From positions 32,001-96,000 of IMG/VR virus record IMGVR_UViG_3300011008_000034: 64,000 nt of DNA. One strand, given 5' to 3'. This document shows, piece by piece, positions 11,736-20,611 of this stretch (within the stretch, counting starts at the first letter, position 1; the number at the start of each line of letters is the position of its first letter). Position numbers and translations under genes: made by a program. The notes beneath the pieces were generated by a model. It saw only the letters and a program-made list of their open reading frames with translations, was not told the origin of the DNA and ran no database searches. This DNA is from a virus. Lineage: Duplodnaviria; Caudoviricetes.

Positions 11736-11993
11736 TCACTTTTCTCTTTTTTGTAGTCTTTTTTTACCTTCGCATCCTCCAAAATCTCCGCCTATACTTA
11801 AATCATAGCCTTGATAAGACCCGCCAGCACTGTCACTAGAACTATCAGTTGCTCCGTAATCATCTCCGCCATAATTTCCTGCATTATCATAATAATCACC
11901 ATAGCCCCAAAGCCAAGGATAACCATAAAAAGCATGATACGGGTACTGATTTGAAGGAGTTTTTTTTACTAATCTTTTCAAACTAATCACCAT
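11736..11993 (-). CDS. Small Tyr/Gly/Asp-rich low-complexity protein with KRL N-terminal motif
   Basis: KRLVKK...YGYPWLWGYGDYYDNAGNYGGDDYG...; probable TTG start at L5. Confidence 0.55.
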   Translation of the reverse strand: MVISLKRLVKKTPSNQYPYHAFYGYPWLWGYGDYYDNAGNYGGDDYGATDSSSDSAGGSYQGYDLSIGGDFGGCEGKKRLQKREK

Positions 11994-12261
11994 ATTTAAA
12001 AATATATTCTGATATGATTTTTTTTCTTATATTCAAAATATCTTGTTTCGCCTTCTCAATGAAATTATTATATGTAGCATTATTATTAATAAAGATATTT
12101 TTCATAAATATCTTTTCTGTTCTTAACATTTCATCTATGATAATATATCGTCCATGCAAATGTTTCTCATTAGAAAAAATAGTTATTTTCAAAGGAATGT
12201 ATTCGCGTCCGATTTCATATGTAACCATAATAGAAAAATGTTTTTTATTAATAATTATCAT
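11983..12261 (-). CDS. Hypothetical protein
   Basis: Translationally coupled with its neighbours. Confidence 0.5.
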   Translation of the reverse strand: MIIINKKHFSIMVTYEIGREYIPLKITIFSNEKHLHGRYIIIDEMLRTEKIFMKNIFINNNATYNNFIEKAKQDILNIRKKIISEYIFKYGD

Positions 12262-12925
12262 ATAGAGTCATTCCTACTTTATTGACATAATCTCCATATA
12301 TAATAGAAATAGTTTCCATTAACTGTTCAAATTCTTGACATGTATATAAATATTTAATTGGCTGATTATTATAATCAATATTGATTCGATAAAATATATC
12401 TTTTCTTTTAAAAATATCTACCAATGAATATTTATCCATATTTTTTAAAATAGCATTGATGTCAATAAATAATCTATTTCGTTGAGAAGTAAAATTATAA
12501 TCGCAATATGCTAATATAAATGGAAAACAAACTTGTTGAACATATTTTTCTATATCTTTTTGTCTAATCATACATTCATAATGTAAAAAATTATCACTAA
12601 ATAAAATTTCTTTTATTGATACAATTTTGACATCTATTCCAACATTATAGATAGAATTAAAATCAATGCCTGTATATTTATCATTAGTAATACTATAAAT
12701 AGATTTGTCTCCTTTATATGTAAAAAATCTTTTACATAAATTGCTTTCATAAAAATCTATTTCCGCCATACGCCCTTCAATTAATCGTTCTTCAAATTCT
12801 TCTAAAGGTTGGATAGTTTTTTGATATATTGGCATAGTAATATCATTGAATATGGGTGATGTTTGAACTAAATGTTTCATAAAATTTGATTGATATTTAG
12901 CTAATAATTTCTCCTTTAATCTCAT
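12248..12925 (-). CDS. Hypothetical protein
   Basis: 225-aa ORF overlapping both flanking genes. Confidence 0.6.
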   Translation of the reverse strand: MRLKEKLLAKYQSNFMKHLVQTSPIFNDITMPIYQKTIQPLEEFEERLIEGRMAEIDFYESNLCKRFFTYKGDKSIYSITNDKYTGIDFNSIYNVGIDVKIVSIKEILFSDNFLHYECMIRQKDIEKYVQQVCFPFILAYCDYNFTSQRNRLFIDINAILKNMDKYSLVDIFKRKDIFYRINIDYNNQPIKYLYTCQEFEQLMETISIIYGDYVNKVGMTLYDNY

Positions 12926-13967
12926 TATATTTTTCCTTTAATATATGATATAAAATAAATTGATTGGATTGAATGATTTTATCATATTCTGTAAAAAACA
13001 TATCATCATTCATATTCTGGAATTGTTTGACACGTTTTTTCTCTCTTAAATAAAACCAGATGTTTTTAAATGCTTCATCTCTATCTGAAATACATTTAAA
13101 TTTATTATATATGGTTTGAAAAATATCATGATTTTTATAATAAAATTTATCTTGTCTCCATGAAACTGGATAATTAAAAATAATTAAATCTTTTTGTGGA
13201 ATAATTTTTATATCATCATTACTTCTAAAATCTGTATAAATATCTTCTTTGAAAATGACTTTATATTTTAAATTATTACGTTTTGCAAGCTGCATTCCGG
13301 CAAAACAACGCTCATTGTAATCTAATGGTTTTGCCGCATACACTTCTATGATTTTTTTATCCATAATAATATTGGGGCGATAATAATAAGTTTCATTTTT
13401 ATATTGATACGAAGTAAATAAAGTACAGTTTTTAGTATTAATATGTTCATATAAAAAATTTAATTCTGTAGTATTAGAAAAAAATACACCTTTATATAAG
13501 CCACATAAAGAATTTTTAATTTTAAATACTTTGCGAATAATATTCTCTTCGTTTGTTTTTGGTTTTTGCAATCTTTTCCTTGGTTTAGGCGGTTTTTTTG
13601 GACGAGATTGATTAATGCGGACTGATATACAAGAATTACAAATTGATTCGTCTTTAAAATGTTGTCTGGCTTTTAATTGCCGAACTTGTTTGATTTCTGT
13701 TGTGTTACATTTTTTGCAAACATATTTAACATATTGTTTTGAAAATTCAGAAAAATATTCCTTATATTTAAAATAAATGTCATAAGAAAGAGGATATTGT
13801 TTATCCCCTTTTATATAAAAAAGTTCTTCTGGAAAATTTTTAGTTTTTAATTGTTTTACAGTACTATAACAACGTCCACATAAATTTTCTTTTAATCCTA
13901 AATTTTTTCTGTCTTGAATTTGGTTGTCATTTAGAGTAATTTCTTTTTTACATCTTTCACAAATCAT
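12897..13967 (-). CDS. Degenerate PD-(D/E)XK endonuclease-like protein, paralog of 14223-15380
   Basis: MICERCKK vs MKCIRCGK; GLYKGVFFSNTTELNFL; catalytic motif eroded (RPNII...IEVYA). Confidence 0.65.
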   Translation of the reverse strand: MICERCKKEITLNDNQIQDRKNLGLKENLCGRCYSTVKQLKTKNFPEELFYIKGDKQYPLSYDIYFKYKEYFSEFSKQYVKYVCKKCNTTEIKQVRQLKARQHFKDESICNSCISVRINQSRPKKPPKPRKRLQKPKTNEENIIRKVFKIKNSLCGLYKGVFFSNTTELNFLYEHINTKNCTLFTSYQYKNETYYYRPNIIMDKKIIEVYAAKPLDYNERCFAGMQLAKRNNLKYKVIFKEDIYTDFRSNDDIKIIPQKDLIIFNYPVSWRQDKFYYKNHDIFQTIYNKFKCISDRDEAFKNIWFYLREKKRVKQFQNMNDDMFFTEYDKIIQSNQFILYHILKEKYNEIKGEIIS

Positions 13968-13987
13968 TATTGGTCGGCCTTTCTTAA

Positions 13988-14257
13988 TTACTCAATTTCA
14001 CAAAGTACGTCATCTTCTTCTAATTTTCCGGCTTCTATCCAAATTGGAATTCTTACTCCATTATCGAAGTCTTCTTTTTTTATGGCTAGTATTTTGTGAT
14101 CCTGAGTAATTCCCTCAATTTTTAGATTATTATCCATATACAATTTTACCATATTTTCGTCCACATGGTAAATAAATTTACTATCAACTATATGTAATTG
14201 TTCGTCTTTGGAGTAAACAACATCACACTTTAATTTGTCCATTTTTTGATTGTTCAA
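13988..14257 (-). CDS. Orphan truncated copy of the dnaE IntN (no Cys1, no extein)
   Basis: GITQDHKILAIKKEDFDNGVRIPIWIEAGKLEEDDVLCEIE is nearly identical to the IntN C-terminus GITKDHKVLAIKQKDFDNGIRIPIWIEANKLEEGDILCEVE. Confidence 0.8.
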   Translation of the reverse strand: MNNQKMDKLKCDVVYSKDEQLHIVDSKFIYHVDENMVKLYMDNNLKIEGITQDHKILAIKKEDFDNGVRIPIWIEAGKLEEDDVLCEIE

Positions 14258-15380
14258 AAATATAAAATATGATAAATAACGGAGAATCTAAAACTTTTAA
14301 ATATTCTTCGGTGAATTTACTTATTGACATACGATTAAATTTATTGACCAATTTTTTCTCTTTTAAGAAAAACTGAATATTGTTCATCATTGATTCTCTA
14401 TTTGTATCTTGTTTATATAATGCTAATAAGTCTTGTACCCATTTTTTGTTTTTATAATAATATTTATTATTTTCAGTATCCCATAATTTTGGATAATGAG
14501 TTAAAATTAATTCATCATCTGGAATTTTTTCTAATAATTCAGGCTCATCAAATTTTTCAATAATGCAATTAGCATCATACAAAAGATATTGCATGTTATG
14601 TTCTTTTGCTAATTTTTTTCCAGCATTACATTTGTTTATATAATCATCAAAACAATTTTTTTCATTAGAATCAAAACTACCCTTATTTCCTTTTACTTCA
14701 ACAATATAATTATTCATAATAAAATTAGGAAAGTAATAATGTAATTTTTGGTCTTTTTTACGAATATATTGTGTATATAAATTACAGTTTGAAATTTGCT
14801 TATCTTGATTTTCATATAAAAACGATAATTCAAAACTACTAGCAAAGTAAATCCCTTTATAAAAACCACGTAATGTATTACTTTTTCCAAATGTACGTTT
14901 TATTGCAAAATACGGGTCTGATTTAACTAAAACTTCTATTGAGTCTTTTATCTTATTTTTTACTTCATCTTTACATTGAACTTTTTTCTGAGCTTCACTA
15001 TTTTTTTGTTTCCATTCTGGTAAATTGCAAACATATTCCATAATATGGTTAGGACAGATGTTTAAGTCTTTTGTATATGTTTTACGTTTTAATCCGCGTG
15101 GTTGATTTATAAATTCTTTACCACATACTAAACAATTAAATTTTACATATTCATGATTATGCATTGTGAATAAATCTTTATATTTTACATACAAATCCCA
15201 AGGAATAGGATTTAATTTTGTTCCTAAATACCATAATTCCTGAGGACGATTTTTCTTAATATATGATTTTACAACTCTAAAACATCGAGGACATGTATCT
15301 ATATGTATACCTAAATCTTTTCGTTTTTGAATTCCTTTTTCTTTTTGCGGAAATTCCTTTCCACATCTAATACATTTCAT
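14223..15380 (-). CDS. PD-(D/E)XK endonuclease-like protein directly after IntN
   Basis: GFYKGIYFASSFELSFL...YFPNFIMNNYIVEVKG; ATG immediately follows the IntN TAA in the same frame. Confidence 0.7.
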   Translation of the reverse strand: MKCIRCGKEFPQKEKGIQKRKDLGIHIDTCPRCFRVVKSYIKKNRPQELWYLGTKLNPIPWDLYVKYKDLFTMHNHEYVKFNCLVCGKEFINQPRGLKRKTYTKDLNICPNHIMEYVCNLPEWKQKNSEAQKKVQCKDEVKNKIKDSIEVLVKSDPYFAIKRTFGKSNTLRGFYKGIYFASSFELSFLYENQDKQISNCNLYTQYIRKKDQKLHYYFPNFIMNNYIVEVKGNKGSFDSNEKNCFDDYINKCNAGKKLAKEHNMQYLLYDANCIIEKFDEPELLEKIPDDELILTHYPKLWDTENNKYYYKNKKWVQDLLALYKQDTNRESMMNNIQFFLKEKKLVNKFNRMSISKFTEEYLKVLDSPLFIIFYIFEQSKNGQIKV

Positions 15381-16871
15381 TTACTCCACCTCGCACAAAA
15401 TATCTCCTTCTTCTAATTTATTTGCTTCAATCCATATGGGAATTCTTATACCATTATCAAAATCTTTCTGCTTTATTGCTAAAACTTTATGGTCTTTTGT
15501 AATTCCCTTAATAATATTATCATTTGTAGATAAAGAAACTAAATCTTCATTGACATTATAAATATATTTATTATCAACAGGATATAATTTTTCATTTTTA
15601 GCAAAAACTAAATTGCCTATTTGAATGTCTTTAATTTGTTTGAATCCATGATTTGTTAAAACGTTACAATCTCCAACCAAGCATCCTCTCCCACTTCCGC
15701 AAGGTATTTTTGCTTTATTTCGCACAAAATCAATAATCTCACGATATAAAATAAAGTATGTTTCAAATCCCATTTCTTCGATTGTTTTTAATTCATGTAA
15801 TGCGCGAATTCGATCACTTTTAGTTAAACACCATTTTTGGACCAATCCATTTAAAAATTCATATTCTAAATATTGGGTTTTGTCTTTTTTATCGGATTTA
15901 ATCTGTTCTTTCCAGTAATTATAAGCTTCATCATCTTGAGGAATTTCTGCAGATGGCAAATAATGATTTAAGGTTTTTAATTCTACATTACATTGACTTG
16001 CAATATCTTCCGTTCGTTCAATAGCATCTAATACTAATTTTTGATTTAAATCTCCATGAAAATCTTGAAATGCTTTTATGATTTCATCTTTAGTCATGAT
16101 ATAATAAGTATTTCCTTCATATGTCCACCTGTCAGGATTGCTCATAACATCTTTTGACTGCATACATAATAATACATCATGAGCTTCTTTAAATGTTTTA
16201 TTAATGTAATGAGCATCAGTTGTAGCCACTGTAGGAATTCCCATTTCTTGACTTAATTGCAATAATACTTCATTGACTATTCCTTGCTGTTTAATTACAG
16301 TAGGCTGGATTTCTAAATAAAAATTATGATTGAATAATTTATCATAATAGGCAATCCATTTTTTAGCTTCTTCTATATCATCTTTTAAAATGCACCTGGG
16401 AATTCTTCCTGCAACACATGCAGATGTAGCTATTAGATGGTCTGTCCCAATTTCTTCTAGCATACTATCATCAATACGTGGACGATAATAAAATCCTTTT
16501 GTAAATCCTAAACTAGATAATTTTGAAATTTGTTTATATCCTTCGTAATCTTTAGCTAAAATAATCATATGTTCATTTGGATGGTCTTTGTAATGTTCTT
16601 TGTCTTTATTCAAAGCATCATCTGTTACATAAAATTCTTCTCCAATAATCTGATGAATATTATAATTTTTACATAAATTATAATGAAACATTGTGGCATA
16701 TAAATTCCCATGATCTGTAATGCAACTATGTATCGTATGATTTTCATTATGTTTTTGATTAAATTCTTCTGTAATTGCTTTATTTCTTACTACTAAATCT
16801 TCCATTCTTAAACAAGAATCTAATAACGAGTATTGGGAATGTACATGTAAATTGACAAACATTTTTGGCAT
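15381..16871 (-). CDS. dnaE: DNA polymerase III alpha N-terminal part (PHP domain) fused to split-intein N-part
   Basis: LHVHSQYSLLD, ITDHGN, GFYYRPRID, ATTDAHY, GFETYF, then GSGRG|CLVGD. Confidence 0.94.
   Translation of the reverse strand: MPKMFVNLHVHSQYSLLDSCLRMEDLVVRNKAITEEFNQKHNENHTIHSCITDHGNLYATMFHYNLCKNYNIHQIIGEEFYVTDDALNKDKEHYKDHPNEHMIILAKDYEGYKQISKLSSLGFTKGFYYRPRIDDSMLEEIGTDHLIATSACVAGRIPRCILKDDIEEAKKWIAYYDKLFNHNFYLEIQPTVIKQQGIVNEVLLQLSQEMGIPTVATTDAHYINKTFKEAHDVLLCMQSKDVMSNPDRWTYEGNTYYIMTKDEIIKAFQDFHGDLNQKLVLDAIERTEDIASQCNVELKTLNHYLPSAEIPQDDEAYNYWKEQIKSDKKDKTQYLEYEFLNGLVQKWCLTKSDRIRALHELKTIEEMGFETYFILYREIIDFVRNKAKIPCGSGRGCLVGDCNVLTNHGFKQIKDIQIGNLVFAKNEKLYPVDNKYIYNVNEDLVSLSTNDNIIKGITKDHKVLAIKQKDFDNGIRIPIWIEANKLEEGDILCEVE
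15384..15683 (-). other. Split intein IntN (100 aa)
   Basis: Block A CLVGDCNVLT and block B TKDH; ends at a stop codon with no blocks F/G. Confidence 0.92.
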
Positions 16872-16914
16872 ATCTCTTCACCTCTTATGAAAAAGAGGAG
16901 TATTTTTACTCCCC

Positions 16915-17883
16915 TTATAATTCTCCATATCTGTCTAAAATAAATACTAATTCATTTGTAATAAGTTTCTTAAATTTATCTAATGTCTTTTGGCTATAAT
17001 GCATTTTTCTATAATTATATAATGCTAAGAAAGCTGCATTTGAACGCCAGTATTCTGAGTCAATATCTAATAACATTTTCTCTATGGTTTCTACATCTAT
17101 TAATCCAATCATTTTTCGAGTAGTTTGTTCTACATTTAAAAATGTTTGAATATCATTGGAACTGAATTTTCGTTCAATTTCTAAAGAACCATAGACAATT
17201 TGTTGTTCTTGCATAATATCATTTGCCCAAGATAATTGTTCTTTATATAAATGGAAAGAATCAACTATATGAGTATATATACCGACATTAAGATTTAATT
17301 TATTTGCCATAATTGACTGTAATGTAGAAAAATTAAAAACATCATAGGGATATCCAAACATGATATCATTACTTCTCATAAATACAATCATATTTAATTT
17401 ATTTTCTCTAATAGAAAAACGAATTAAATTGGTACATGGTTTATCTTTTGTTGGCTGATAATCTCTTGTTGGGTCAAATAATACTATGGTAGCTTGTCGT
17501 GAATTTGGGTCTTTTTGCAATTGATGAAAAGCTTCTTCGAATTGATTTATTCCATGATAATCAAAAATTCTCTGGCCATAAGCACCATTTAATGTTACAC
17601 CATCATCAGAATAATTTAACCAATTTTTATTATAATGAGCAATATGATTTGCATCATTACTCTTTTGAAGAATCCATCCTAATTCACCTAACATAAAACC
17701 ATAATTGAGCTTTCTAGAATCACTGAAGATGACATTTTTCAATGGTTCCTTTATGGTTATAGATACTGGCGATATTTCTAACGTATCCATGCCTCTAGGA
17801 GATACTGATTTTCCTTCATTTATTAATGTTCGGATTAAGACAGGATATGAATCAGTAAAAGTTTTAAATTCAAATATTCTCAT
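16915..17883 (-). CDS. Thymidylate-synthase-fold enzyme, probably a dCMP hydroxymethylase/methylase
   Basis: GAYGQRI, SRQA, DKPCT (catalytic Cys), MRSNDIMFGYPYD with Asp at the position where TS has Asn, SFHLY. Confidence 0.75.
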   Translation of the reverse strand: MRIFEFKTFTDSYPVLIRTLINEGKSVSPRGMDTLEISPVSITIKEPLKNVIFSDSRKLNYGFMLGELGWILQKSNDANHIAHYNKNWLNYSDDGVTLNGAYGQRIFDYHGINQFEEAFHQLQKDPNSRQATIVLFDPTRDYQPTKDKPCTNLIRFSIRENKLNMIVFMRSNDIMFGYPYDVFNFSTLQSIMANKLNLNVGIYTHIVDSFHLYKEQLSWANDIMQEQQIVYGSLEIERKFSSNDIQTFLNVEQTTRKMIGLIDVETIEKMLLDIDSEYWRSNAAFLALYNYRKMHYSQKTLDKFKKLITNELVFILDRYGEL

Positions 17884-17894
17884 AATATATTCCC

Positions 17895-18146
17895 TTAAAT
17901 ATTCTCTACTACATTTAATTTATTGACATAAAAAAACAGGTCATTTCCATAATATACATGAACCTTAAAAGAATTTTCTTTCTCTTCAAAAATCTGATCT
18001 TCACTGTAGATTTCTTTGATTTTCTTTAACATTTGTTTAACTGAATTTTCAGTATAGATTTCATTTCCAAAAATCTGAGACTTCTCAACAAACTTCTTGT
18101 TAATAACATCATAAGAATCAAACATAATCAAATACATTTCAATCAC
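17895..18146 (-). CDS. Hypothetical protein
   Basis: 83-aa ORF with GAGG RBS. Confidence 0.55.
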   Translation of the reverse strand: MIEMYLIMFDSYDVINKKFVEKSQIFGNEIYTENSVKQMLKKIKEIYSEDQIFEEKENSFKVHVYYGNDLFFYVNKLNVVENI

Positions 18147-18217
18147 CTCTTAAATTAATTATATTTAAACACTAAAAAAGCAAGATTCCTAAATTAGAAT
18201 CTTGCTTTATTTGTTAA

Positions 18218-18601
18218 TTAAATTGTGTAATTAAAAATCAATTTGTTAAGATTTTCATATGTAAGAGTATCTTTCGTATAGTATGTTAATTTAATGGTTT
18301 TATTATCAATGAAATTTAATTCAACATCATAATCATTAGAAAATCTAATACAATCAATGATTAAAATTGAATCATATTTATCAATGATATCTTCAATTAC
18401 AGTTGAATCAGAAAAAAACATATGTTTATCATCAAGAAATACATTCCCTAATACTTGTTGTGTATGCAAACAACATAATGGTAAAAAATTATCCTGATAA
18501 TCTTTTGATATACAAAAAATACCTACATCTTTTTTTGTATTAAAGAAATTTATTAATCGAACACCAATTTCATGAACTTTTGAATTTAGTTTTTCATACA
18601 T
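18218..18601 (-). CDS. Paralog family A protein
   Basis: Similar to 19268, 25190, 28414 and 55653 (K..CIF/Y...V.F...YD.II....D/N..L.....K.T(F/Y)Y); preceded by the conserved promoter. Confidence 0.65.
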   Translation of the reverse strand: MYEKLNSKVHEIGVRLINFFNTKKDVGIFCISKDYQDNFLPLCCLHTQQVLGNVFLDDKHMFFSDSTVIEDIIDKYDSILIIDCIRFSNDYDVELNFIDNKTIKLTYYTKDTLTYENLNKLIFNYTI

Positions 18602-18605
18602 ACAA

Positions 18606-18658
18606 AACACCTCTTTTCTTGAATTTATTATATCACAGAAAAGAGGTGTTGTAAATAG
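18606..18658 (-). promoter_or_regulatory. Phage promoter whose spacer is the reverse complement of the downstream RBS
   Basis: CTATTTACA-N17-TATAAT; 14-bp inverted repeat AACACCTCTTTTCT / AGAAAAGAGGTGTT. Confidence 0.75.
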
Positions 18659-18662
18659 TTTT

Positions 18663-19181
18663 TTATATATTTTTCATTGCGACATTAAATGCTTCATCAA
18701 AAGTTTCAAAATTACCTATAGTTGCATATGAATCAATTGTATCACCACTAGTTGCTGAAAATTTATTTTTAACTTGCCCGCCGTATACATCATATCTTTT
18801 TACAAATGGGTCTTTTCTGACTAATTTATCTGGAGTAACATTTTCTTTGGTCGATAACATTTGTCCTTTTGTATCATGTGGCCATGAAATTAAAAATGTT
18901 TCATAACGTCCTGTTTTATTAATTTCTTTAAATGTATAGATTTCATTATAAAAAATAATTGGAAATTTTATAGTTTCCTTTTCTTTATTTGTTAATGCTT
19001 GATAACAATAAAATCCATAAAATCCAATTTCTCGATTAAATGTACCTACTCTTTCATATTTACTTTTATCTAATACATAACCATATCCTTTGTCTTCCAA
19101 AATTTTTAAACAATCTTCATCTGAAAATGGACTATTAGCATTATTTTGTACAGCACTAAAATGTTTCACTAATCGTTTCAT
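18663..19181 (-). CDS. Paralog family B protein (MKRL start)
   Basis: FSDEDC...GFYCYQ...PIIFYNEIY shared with the C-half of 25731 and with 56270. Confidence 0.7.
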   Translation of the reverse strand: MKRLVKHFSAVQNNANSPFSDEDCLKILEDKGYGYVLDKSKYERVGTFNREIGFYGFYCYQALTNKEKETIKFPIIFYNEIYTFKEINKTGRYETFLISWPHDTKGQMLSTKENVTPDKLVRKDPFVKRYDVYGGQVKNKFSATSGDTIDSYATIGNFETFDEAFNVAMKNI

Positions 19182-19267
19182 AAAAAATCACCTCTAATTT
19201 TATTATAGAGGTGATTAAATAAAATAGGATTCTTAAATCAGAATTTTGCTTTATTTGTTATTAATTT

Positions 19268-19738
19268 TCACAAAAGATGTTTATATTCCGGCTTTATCTC
19301 TTTATGCCATTTATGAGGCGCATCATCAATATAATTATACATACGGCAATCGAATGATTCTGATAAAACAAATTCCATTTCCCATGTAAATGTTTCACAT
19401 ACAGAATATTCAACAATAACTTCTTTTTCATTTTTTACGAAAAAATGTATATCTGTTTTCTTTTGAAAACGTTTACCTGTAATATGAATAATGAAATCAT
19501 ATTGATTATAAATTTCTTTTAAATCAGTATTTCTATCATCATAAAAATCTACATTAATATCTCTTAATTCCATAAATTGATGTTTATAGCATAATACTGA
19601 AAATAAATCATTATAGTTATTGTGTTCCTTTATATGGCAAAATATACATGCTGATTTTTTGTTTTTTGATATTTTTAGTAATTCAATTCCTACATTTAAA
19701 TTTAACTGTCCAATTCTATCCTGTTCAATCATATCCAT
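19268..19738 (-). CDS. Paralog family A protein
   Basis: Similar to 25190 and 28414; conserved promoter at 19765-19796. Confidence 0.7.
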   Translation of the reverse strand: MDMIEQDRIGQLNLNVGIELLKISKNKKSACIFCHIKEHNNYNDLFSVLCYKHQFMELRDINVDFYDDRNTDLKEIYNQYDFIIHITGKRFQKKTDIHFFVKNEKEVIVEYSVCETFTWEMEFVLSESFDCRMYNYIDDAPHKWHKEIKPEYKHLL

Positions 19739-19842
19739 TTCGCAACACCTCTTTCTTAATTTTGATTATACTATAAGAAAGAGGTGTTGTAAATAGTTTT
19801 TTATTTATTTTTCATTAGCTTTGTTAGTGTAAGTGAATGTGA

Positions 19843-20607
19843 TTAAACTTTAATTACTAATGTAATGTCAAACTCTTTCATTAAACAATTATCAAAATGT
19901 TCGACACTACCTACAACTAAGCTTGAACCAAAACATCCACCGGCACCATCGTAAATCGCGATGTATTCATTATTCCCGTAAATTAAAACATCGCCTTCGT
20001 TAATGTTCAATAAGTTGTTGTCAAATGGAACTACGCTATCATTTAAATCCTCCACGATATAATTTATAGAACCATAATTCCGATTTAATTCTCTTTTCAA
20101 ATCTGAACTATAATATGCACCAATTGATAATGCAATCTCAATATAATTTTTAATTTCATTTGCATCTATAATAACTTCTTGAGATTTTCTTCTCATATAT
20201 CCTTTATATACAAGACTTTGAAATGTACTAGTAGAACTGCATAATTCTTGCCATTCAGTCCAGGAATTTAATGAATTACTATATCTGATATATAATTTTC
20301 CATTTTTATTTGCATCAATAACATCATTAAATACCATCATAGTCTGATAGCAGTGTTTATTTGCAGCATAATGAATTAAAACACCTTCTGTACAAAACCA
20401 TTCACTGACATTCATTTGAGGAATAATGCTATATGTAATCGTTCCATTATCAGGCCATAAACCTGGTGAATCTTCTAATACATCAATTGTAATTGGGAAT
20501 TTACTTCTGCTTTCATATAAATTAAATAGGTAATTAACTTTTTGCCCTAATGTATCTTCTAATTCTTTAAACTTATTATATAAATCTGCTAATGATAATT
20601 TAGCCAT
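19843..20607 (-). CDS. Possible virion/tail-associated protein (knob-like segment)
   Basis: GVLIHY...YQ....KLYIR......WTEWQEL resembles fibre knob domains. Confidence 0.4.
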   Translation of the reverse strand: MAKLSLADLYNKFKELEDTLGQKVNYLFNLYESRSKFPITIDVLEDSPGLWPDNGTITYSIIPQMNVSEWFCTEGVLIHYAANKHCYQTMMVFNDVIDANKNGKLYIRYSNSLNSWTEWQELCSSTSTFQSLVYKGYMRRKSQEVIIDANEIKNYIEIALSIGAYYSSDLKRELNRNYGSINYIVEDLNDSVVPFDNNLLNINEGDVLIYGNNEYIAIYDGAGGCFGSSLVVGSVEHFDNCLMKEFDITLVIKV

Positions 20608-20611
20608 TATT

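Noticed and set aside
16915-17883. Ordinary thymidylate synthase thyA
   Set aside because: It has Asp rather than Asn at the specificity position and lacks typical ThyA motifs such as PFNIASY; an AGT homolog is present nearby.
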